Positions 51,133 to 59,142 of a stretch of 64,000 nt of DNA are shown piece by piece. The stretch is from Trypanosoma brucei. Lineage: Eukaryota. The stretch covers positions 2,464,001-2,528,000 of the forward strand of contig CH464491.1 of NCBI GenBank assembly GCA_000002445.1, written 5' to 3'. The notes under the pieces are model-generated. The model ran no database searches and was not told where the DNA came from. It saw only the letters and a list, made by a program, of their open reading frames with translations. A program made the position numbers and the translations under genes. Position 1 is the stretch's first letter; every line of letters begins with the position of its first letter.

Positions 51133-52605
51133 ATGTTAAGGCGTACAATTTTCCTGGGAAGGGTAACCCGCTCTTGGACCAAAGGATCTATAGTTAAGGC
51201 ATCGGCCCATTTCCCAGATTCTGTGAGGGCTGATCCCGCAGAAAGACGTAATGAAGACTCGTCTCCGAAGGAAAGCCGCACATGGTCTCTTCATGACGGC
51301 CCGTGCAGCGAACCTCTTCACGTTCCCAAACATATTCAATGGGCAACACAGAAGGTGAGAGTTTGGGGGCAACTAATGCGAGTGGATAAGGCTGCTGCAA
51401 TAAACCTCCTGCTTCAACCTTGTTACTGGGGAGCCAGTCTAGCAGTAACTCGGGCCATCGTCTGGGAGGGGGCGGATCCTGTCGTTTTGTTCGCTCCTTT
51501 CATTCCCGTACATTTGATCGTCCTGTTCGGCGCTGGTGCCTTTTTGGCTCGGGGTGCGGGTTGTATTATTAACGACATGTGTGACAGAAAGTTCGACCGA
51601 ATGGTAGAACGCACCAAAACACGGCCGCTTGCTAGCGGTGTTGTCAGCATGAAGGAGGCATCAGGCCTTCTCATAACAGTAGCTGGTTTTGCGCTTGTTA
51701 TTGCACTAAACCTGTCGCCCATGGCACTTGCTTCGGCGGTAGCGTTAGCTCCCATCGCGGCAGTTTATCCGCTCATGAAGCGTATAACCTACATGCCTCA
51801 GCTCGTTCTGGGACTTTGCTTCAACGGCGGCATTTTTGTTGGGTATGCTGCCGTGCTAAACCGCATTGATTTGGCCGTTACGCTTCCTATCTACTGCTCA
51901 GCCGTCGTGTGGACAGTTTTGTATGATACCATCTATGCGTACCAAGACAGGGCGGACGACCTGAAATGCGGTGTGAAGAGCTCGGCTATTCTTATTGGTG
52001 ACAGGAAGCATATTCTCACTTTCATGATACTCCCCATCGGCATGGGTATTCTTATTTCGGGATTGATGGTCTCACAGTCGCTTCCGTTTTACATCGGTGT
52101 CCTCTGTTGCGTTTGGTACCTTCAGGGTGTCGTTGATAACGTCAACATATACGATGCGTGGTCATGTGGTATGGGATTCCGCAGGAACGTACGATTTGCC
52201 ATCCTGGTTACTTTTTCTCTCTGCCTTGGAAACGTGTTGTGGGCACTCGCATCTGAGCACCAACCGGAAAAGGACGCCGCGAGCAACGCCATATCGGAAA
52301 AGTCGGCCTTGATGAAATTCCTTCTTTTGAATAAGGAAGCGGAACCCATGTCGTACAGCGTGCAAGATATTCGTTGGGTAGACCGTTTTGCGCATCCGGC
52401 ATTCGTGGCAGCGCAGAAGGCTCAACACGAGGGAGAGGAAAAAACGGTGGTGGTGCCGGCGTGGATGCGGCGTGAGTACCTGGGTGAGAATGTAGGGACT
52501 ATCATGCGCTTTTTTGGCGTTGACGAGGAAGCAATCCAAACTTGGCAAAAGTGGTGGTACGCGCAACTTGACCACTACAACATGTTCTCCAGCATCGCCG
52601 TTTAG
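51133..52605 (+). CDS. COQ2: 4-hydroxybenzoate polyprenyltransferase (UbiA/COQ2 family), mitochondrial
   Basis: First ATG at 51133 (MLRRTIFLGRVTRSW, presequence-like); the track start 51001 is GTG. First Asp-rich motif CIINDMCDRKFDRMVERTKTRPLASG (NDxxDxxxD). Second motif region YAYQDRADDLKCGVKSSAI. Multiple transmembrane helices. About 130 aa of hydrophilic C-terminal extension. Confidence 0.8.
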   Translation: MLRRTIFLGRVTRSWTKGSIVKASAHFPDSVRADPAERRNEDSSPKESRTWSLHDGPCSEPLHVPKHIQWATQKVRVWGQLMRVDKAAAINLLLQPCYWGASLAVTRAIVWEGADPVVLFAPFIPVHLIVLFGAGAFLARGAGCIINDMCDRKFDRMVERTKTRPLASGVVSMKEASGLLITVAGFALVIALNLSPMALASAVALAPIAAVYPLMKRITYMPQLVLGLCFNGGIFVGYAAVLNRIDLAVTLPIYCSAVVWTVLYDTIYAYQDRADDLKCGVKSSAILIGDRKHILTFMILPIGMGILISGLMVSQSLPFYIGVLCCVWYLQGVVDNVNIYDAWSCGMGFRRNVRFAILVTFSLCLGNVLWALASEHQPEKDAASNAISEKSALMKFLLLNKEAEPMSYSVQDIRWVDRFAHPAFVAAQKAQHEGEEKTVVVPAWMRREYLGENVGTIMRFFGVDEEAIQTWQKWWYAQLDHYNMFSSIAV

Positions 52606-52812
52606 TGTCAAGACATGCTGCTAGCAGAGGGGAACATGGAAAAGCAACTGCGACTTGTGGGATTTGTCTTCATTGGACGGTCTGGGATTTGTTACTGAAA
52701 GAAGGTAAGAGATGGTTCAACAGCAGTCAAATAAACAAAATATATATATGTACATCGTTACCCCCCGCTCCCTCTCTACCCCCATTTTTCAGCACGGTCA
52801 GAAATACATGTG

Positions 52813-53239
52813 TCTGTTTTGAATTGGCATGAAGAGGAAGGAGATACTGATGAAGCATCTTATTCAGTGGGGTGTCGTATCACCGCCACACGTACAGTTA
52901 TCAACTTACCAACCTCACTCTCACTCTCACATCCACATATAATTTCCACACAACAAATAATGGGATTCACATTTCTTCCTGCCATCAGCTCGCTTTCCTT
53001 ATCCATTCAGGCGCCATCCTATCACATGGGCAGCGTGTAACGGAGATATACCTCCAAAGCTTTACGTTTATTCGCATGTCTCACGCTCTATGGTTTAACT
53101 GACCCGTTTGGATGATCAAAAGGGCAGCAGAACATGGCAGCTGCAGGGAAATATTTGTCAGCCCTTGCACTGATGCATACTCGCCTACAATTGACCGACT
53201 TTACACCAATACCTCGATTGCGCTAAGGTCTGTATGTGC
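52813..53239. mobile_element. SIRE-like short interspersed repeat (about 428 bp), copy 2, inverted relative to copy 1
   Basis: Nearly identical to the reverse complement of 24443-24870 (see copy 1). It lies in the COQ2-LRR intergenic region, about 190 nt upstream of the ATG at 53432. Confidence 0.6.
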
Positions 53240-53431
53240 TTGCAAGAATACTTTTTTTAGTAAACTACTCCGCTTCTCTTTTCATCTTTTTTTTTTGTGT
53301 CTCATTTTACCAGGTTACGGAGTAGGAGACTGATTGGGCCCACCATTGCGGAGATTATACATATCCTCGCTTCGCTGTGAGTCTGAAAGGGGACTCGGGT
53401 AACTTGTGAACACACAAGCCTCCTTTTTGAC

Positions 53432-55294
53432 ATGGAGAATGTGGTTATGGAAGCGGGGGAGGGAGGTTCTAAGTCGAATGCCCCGCAGAATGATGATGCA
53501 AGTGTCATGAATGCCTTGTACGAGCCGCCCCCTCCATTAGCTTCTGACGGTGTGGATGATGCCTTCATTGGCATGGCGTTAGAGGAATGTAGTTTACGGG
53601 ATGTTTATTCGTACAGCTGCCACAGATTTGGGGTCCGACCCAACGAAAACATCCTGCGGCAACTCCCTCCTGTTGCTGGTGATGAATGGGTTAGAAAAAT
53701 AAAGGTACTCGACTTTTCCGCGGTGTACCTTGGTGGTAAAGGGTGCCTTTCGCTCGTACCAATAATTGAACGTTGCACGGAGGCAACACATTTGATGATG
53801 CCCAACGTTGGCTTAACACACGAAGCGGCCGCGCCTCTTTTTGAAGTCATGCGGTACCACCCCAGTGTGTCGTGGATGGACGTATCGAAAAATCGCCTGA
53901 ACGATGATGTGGGTCGCTGGATTCTCAACGCCGTGATCGAAAACCCGAGGATAAGGTTCGTTCTTCTCCGAGATGCGGGTATTAGTCCACCGCTTCTGCA
54001 AAAAATCGAAAACCGTTTGCACGAACGAATGTATGGAACGGTGGAGGCTATAACTCCATCCATTCGCGTAACTTACGCCGAAGGATTTTCTCAACTGTTT
54101 GAATCCTCCCTTGGAACTGGTGCGAATGACACCGCAAGGGTTCCGGTGCATTACGTTCCCCCATCCGTGGCTGCAGGTCTTGTGGAATTACGACACCAAC
54201 TGTATCGCAATGCCGAATCCATGCGGTGCGTTTACAACTGTTTTACCCACAACCTCACACCGGAGTCGGGAGGGTGCGCAAGCGACGCAGGGACAGACGC
54301 AGAAGAATTACCGGAAACAAACAGTGAGGCCGGATTCGGCGCCCCTCACCCTGATCGCTGCTCGTGGCGGTCGTTTTTCTGTGGGCTACGCCTGCTTGGT
54401 GTCCGCGCCGTCTGCAAGTCCCTTGAAGATAGCGTGGCCTTCGCCAACTTATGCGGCATATGTAATGTTGAGACCGTACTTTTTGGAAAACTTATCCAGC
54501 TTTTGAGGCCGCATGTGGCGATTAAAGATGAGATGACGCCGGAATCACCGCCTGTGCGCGGGAACACTATTCCAAATCAGTTTGCCGACGTCTCGCCTCC
54601 GTTGGATGTGCAGCAGGGGGCATCGATGGATGCAGAAGAGATTCCATCAAGGGATCTAAGCGGCAACATGCGCGCAGCTACGCCTGAAATGGGGAAACCA
54701 CAAGCAGATACACCGTCTGTTCCTACCCAAGAGGCTGCCCGTATGGCCTCCGAAGCGAGATGCTCGCCACTCACCCTGAGGCCGCTGCATTGCACACTTC
54801 ACGAAAAAAGGTCGTCTTTAGGCCCATCCCTTTTGGACACATTCGTGACGACCCCGAGCATTGCTGGAGTGCATGCCAGTGGGCCCTTGGAGGCGCGGCT
54901 TCGGCTGGATCGTACGTTTGATTCACGGAACAAGCAGACTGTTGTGGACCAACTGTATGATGAACGTGTCACTCTTAGCGAAGTCTTCAAAAAAACAGGT
55001 GGCGAAGACCCTGATGCAAGTGCCCCATCTTACCTAGTGGATATAGATGAGGTGATTAAGCACGCCGTCTCTCGCGTAGGTGAGTCGAATCGGGAAATTG
55101 TGAAATCTTTGGTGGAGCCATGGGCTGTTGGCGTTGAGGATCGAGTGCTCGTGAATACTGAAGGTTGGTTAAGCTCCATGTACGTTCCCCAATTAGAGGC
55201 GTCAACGCTAATGCCGTTCTCGTTTTCTGAAGAAAAGCTTATCTGGGCCGGTGTCACGGTGGAGGAATTACGAGAGTCAGTTGACTTATGGTGA
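53432..55294 (+). CDS. Leucine-rich-repeat (RNI-like) protein, last gene of the + polycistron
   Basis: ATG at 53432, 620 aa. Repeats of the LxxLxLxxNxL type (VLDFSAVYLGGKGCLSLVPII, HLMMPNVGLTHEAAAPLFEVM, WMDVSKNRLNDDVGRWILNAV, FVLLRDAGISPPLL). Acidic/Ser-rich C-terminal half. Confidence 0.6.
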   Translation: MENVVMEAGEGGSKSNAPQNDDASVMNALYEPPPPLASDGVDDAFIGMALEECSLRDVYSYSCHRFGVRPNENILRQLPPVAGDEWVRKIKVLDFSAVYLGGKGCLSLVPIIERCTEATHLMMPNVGLTHEAAAPLFEVMRYHPSVSWMDVSKNRLNDDVGRWILNAVIENPRIRFVLLRDAGISPPLLQKIENRLHERMYGTVEAITPSIRVTYAEGFSQLFESSLGTGANDTARVPVHYVPPSVAAGLVELRHQLYRNAESMRCVYNCFTHNLTPESGGCASDAGTDAEELPETNSEAGFGAPHPDRCSWRSFFCGLRLLGVRAVCKSLEDSVAFANLCGICNVETVLFGKLIQLLRPHVAIKDEMTPESPPVRGNTIPNQFADVSPPLDVQQGASMDAEEIPSRDLSGNMRAATPEMGKPQADTPSVPTQEAARMASEARCSPLTLRPLHCTLHEKRSSLGPSLLDTFVTTPSIAGVHASGPLEARLRLDRTFDSRNKQTVVDQLYDERVTLSEVFKKTGGEDPDASAPSYLVDIDEVIKHAVSRVGESNREIVKSLVEPWAVGVEDRVLVNTEGWLSSMYVPQLEASTLMPFSFSEEKLIWAGVTVEELRESVDLW

Positions 55295-58008
55295 GGTTTA
55301 CTCTCTTTTGTTATTCACTAGAAGGATATGTGTAGTATATATTTCCCTATGTGAGTCGCTTATTTGCATACCGGTGAAGCGGTTCCTTATGGTGTCAGCG
55401 CCGATGCAGCAACACACGCCAAGACGACACCGCTCTGGTCGCTGGTGCTTTTTTTTTTTTTACTTCTATTTTTCTTTGCCCTCTGCGGCTACCAAAGGAG
55501 CCATCACAATTAGCAAAGGTAGAACTTAGTTGGCCGTACGGCGGGAAAGGTTGTGTGGTAGAATTGGTGTTGAATGTCCGGTGTTTTTCCAATATGTACG
55601 ATGCCGCGCAGAGGCGCAGTGAACCAGCAAAACTGTGGGGGACAAAAAGGAATATACTGATCTGCAAAAGGTCTCGGCTGACGTTTTACCACTTTTTGTG
55701 TACGGATGCGCCGAGACCGAGGTTGCAGTAAAACGTGGCACATAGGGAAAACGACAAAGAGCAATGCGAGCAGCCCCAATTGCAGGTCGCAGGCGCTCTA
55801 AGAAATAAAAGGAAGAGAATAGTGAGCAAGGCAATTCGGAAGCGTGGACCGGCGGGAAGTGCTCCGCGAGGAAAAAAAAATAAAGGCACGACTCAACAAA
55901 TCCACCTAAAAGTGCGGAGGAGAGCAGGATGGAATACATCAACTGCAACATTTATGGAACACAACACCAAGTCCAATTGCTTCCTGAAACAATTTTTTGG
56001 CGCTTGTGTAGAAAAGTGGAGCTGGAGCGGTGGAAACTCGCATGTGACTACATACTGCGATAAGTCATTAGTGAAAGGGAATTTGGGGTGGAGAGTGCAT
56101 ATGGGCAAAAATAGGTTTCCACAACAATTAAACACAAGATTGTTGATTGTTAGCAGTCGTCGCACTACCCGCTTGTGTGCAACAACTTGGCTGTGATATG
56201 GAAATGCTGTGAGCCGACGAGGTCGGGGGAGCGGATGCCAGTTTGGGGGGGCGAATCCCTTTCTTGATTTCCTCTGCCTGGCGCAAGAATGCACCCCCCC
56301 CCCAAAAAAAAAAGAAAACAGCTGGGGAAGCCGAGAAACACCACTGCCCAGGAGAGTATCAACGAGAAAGACAATCTCGCAAGGTTTAAATCCGACTAAT
56401 AACATTGTTGACAGCAACCCCTTTCTGATGTTCAGCAATTGTAATGTGTCTCTCGGCCCGGGGGGGGGGGGGGGAATCCTCTCCGGCACAATTGCACCAT
56501 GCCTTTTCCAACTCGAGCTCACGCTTCATCGGTAATATGGGAATGGGAAGAGGGTAGTTTGTCAGTAACCTTTCGTGCGACTTTGCTAGCATGTACTCCA
56601 CTTTCCCCTCCACACGTGTGGATATTTTCCCCCAGTTTGAGAACCCTTTCAACGGGCTTTTCCCCTAAGTCCCGGGCGTTACACCCCCACTCCCATGATG
56701 AGCCGTTTTGAGACTTCGCCACGAGACCGCCGGTATAACTCTGCGGTGAGGAGTTCATTATTTTCTTTTGTCCTGCGTCGCCGACGCAACCTCCACGATA
56801 AGAAGAAACCCCCGCTTTCCGCGAATGGGCCACTCACGTCAGTTGTCCACCCTCGCGCGAGGAACCACTTACCAGACGAAGTGAACTTAACAACCACCCT
56901 CGTACGATCTTGTTTTTGTATAAATATTGCCCCTCTTCCCGCACGCAGCTGCGCCAGCTACAGTCCGCGGTGCTCGGAACAAACCGTTTCTCGCTTTTTC
57001 CCGCATCCCTTTACTTTCCGCGCAAGCGCGATCCGAGGACACAATGCACGACTCCAGCTCCGACGATGCACCCACCATTTCCTAGAAACCCCTCCGACAA
57101 TGAATTCCTCACGAAACGCGTCATCTTAGTTCACGAGTCCAAAAACGAGAGATAAGGACAAAAATAATCTTGCAAAAGAGTGAGATGTTACTCAGGTTTG
57201 CACCAACATAAATTGCAGCCACACAGATGGGAAGGGAAGATAAGGGCGTGCGCACGCACGCATTAGTTGGATTCGAACAAACGAACATCCCGTTGATCAA
57301 GCACAATGCACTGACGAAATGGGCTGGCGAGACCGGGCTACTCATCCGCCCACTGCGAGCCGAAGGCAGTTGTCGATAATAGCAGGCACCATTTCGCACG
57401 TAAATTCATTACACAAACACGCAAGCAGTTCCTTCATTTGTTTTGGGTTCCAAGACAGCGCAACCCCGCCGCATTTTGCCCAATTCCCATACCCGCACGC
57501 ACGCACGTGCCACTCCCCGGGAAAAAGTTGGGTCAAGATAACTTTTGCCGAGCGCCTGACGTGTGAACTCGAATCTCCAACATGGTACCTGGAACACTGC
57601 AGTGAGCCGCTAGCGCCACAGTTATTTTCGTTGGGTACATCCCAACTGCTGTGGGAAACACTGCAACCCCGTCCTGTCCCGCGAACTGTCGCCCTAAACA
57701 TGTAGAACCCGTGGCATTTCCACTCCAATGCCGCACCCAATCGGTGATATCTTTCCCGCATTCCATGCGGATGTCAAGTTCATTCGCAAGAGATGCGCCT
57801 TCAAGCCAGCACGCCAACCCCTAGCCCACCATACGACCAAAGACACGGCATTCGCGTGGCTGCATTCAGTGGCGCGTACTCGCAAAACTGCAATGTGTTC
57901 GTAGATTTGTCAACAAAGTGAAAAAAAAATAATAATAATACACTCAATCCCATCATTTGAGTGAACGTGTGCAGTCACTAATTGCCGGTGCGACATACAA
58001 AACAAACC
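55295..58008. other. Convergent strand-switch region between the + gene block and the - gene block (presumed RNA Pol II transcription termination zone)
   Basis: All identified genes upstream are on the + strand and all downstream are on the - strand. No long ORF in 2.7 kb. Contains homopolymers C10A10 (56294-56313) and G15 (56460-56474). Established knowledge: convergent strand-switch regions in trypanosomatids are termination sites and often carry Pol III genes. I could not fold a convincing tRNA here. Confidence 0.7.
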
Positions 58009-58806
58009 TTATTCAAGTTCGCAAAGGATGCTTCGCTCCCAGCTTCCATCGATCGACAAGTCAACAAGCTCCGTGTTAACAACACTCTCCTGCTGCTGCA
58101 TACTCAAAAGAAAATGATGGAGCAAGCGAGGTGCGATAACGTGGGGAGTCGGCTCTGCCCCGCTCAATCCTCGTAGCCGGAGTTCCTCCACTAAAGACGT
58201 CGCTGCTTCGTTCGGCATCTCGCACATAACGATATCGTTGAAGTAAAGCAGATTATTACTCACATTCAGTCCCGCACCATGCATAGAGACCCAATTCCCC
58301 AGTTGAAGCCCGACGAACCCCATCTTTCGTGGTGCCACATCTCCCCAACTGTCGGACCAAACCCCAACCCTCCCTCGATGGGCGGGGATGTTGTATTCGC
58401 CCGCTACGTTAATCATAGCCTGTTCCAACACGGAACTAAACCACTCAATTGGGGAACGTGGTTTGTCAGAAGCCGTGCATTGCTTCCACAGAACCTGCAC
58501 GTTAACAATGGGGTACATAGTTACCTGCCCTGGTCCATGGAATGTGACGCCCCCTCCCCTCCTCGTCTTGACCACCTCGGCGGCACAACCCGCTTTGATG
58601 CCATTGGAAGTGTCTCGCCTGCCAATCGTGTAAACAGGAGACGAATGTTCCACAAGCAAAACAACGTTGGGGATGAGGCGAGCAGATTTGTCTCCACGAA
58701 TGTAGCGCATCTGCCTATCGATTTTCTTTCGAAAAATTGCCTCTTGCAGCCGCAGAACATCGTGGTAACGACGGCTTCCAAGGTTATACGCCCGCATTCC
58801 ATTCAT
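58009..58806 (-). CDS. LIPB: Lipoyl(octanoyl)transferase LipB/LIPT2
   Basis: ATG at 58806 (- strand), 265 aa. Signature RRGGGVTFHGPGQVTMYPI (LipB RGGxxTYHGPGQ motif). Residues LLVEHSSPVYTIGRR upstream. Overall length typical. Confidence 0.8.
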   Translation of the reverse strand: MNGMRAYNLGSRRYHDVLRLQEAIFRKKIDRQMRYIRGDKSARLIPNVVLLVEHSSPVYTIGRRDTSNGIKAGCAAEVVKTRRGGGVTFHGPGQVTMYPIVNVQVLWKQCTASDKPRSPIEWFSSVLEQAMINVAGEYNIPAHRGRVGVWSDSWGDVAPRKMGFVGLQLGNWVSMHGAGLNVSNNLLYFNDIVMCEMPNEAATSLVEELRLRGLSGAEPTPHVIAPRLLHHFLLSMQQQESVVNTELVDLSIDGSWERSILCELE

Positions 58807-59142
58807 AAGAGGGGGGGACTACATTATTCAAAAAATAAAACATGAAAGTGCGAATGAAAGAGAGAAATGAAGCGCAAGAATCAAAGGTTGGTAATGCAGC
58901 ACACCCCTCAACCCCGGAATGTAAGGAGAATTTTAGCGGTTGTTGGTGTCTTCTTCAATTTACATCGTAATATATGCACATCTATCCTCGTTTTTAGAGA
59001 ACCAAAGGCCACGCCATAATCACCCTCCTTATGTGTTTCTATCATCTTCCTCCTTCATAATTCTCTCTAGAACATAGACAAGTTCCGACATCCAAGGCTG
59101 ACGCGACGACACTCAACATCTAATTGATCATTACCACTTGCC

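Noticed and set aside
56294-56474. G-quadruplex at the G15 run and C10 run in the strand-switch region
   Set aside because: A single homopolymer run does not provide the four separated G-tracts needed for an intramolecular quadruplex. It is noted only as a compositional oddity.
57255-57285. tRNA-like T-loop motif GGATTCGAAC in the convergent strand-switch region
   Set aside because: Flanking sequence does not form acceptor, D or anticodon stems on either strand. Probably a chance match, so no tRNA is reported.
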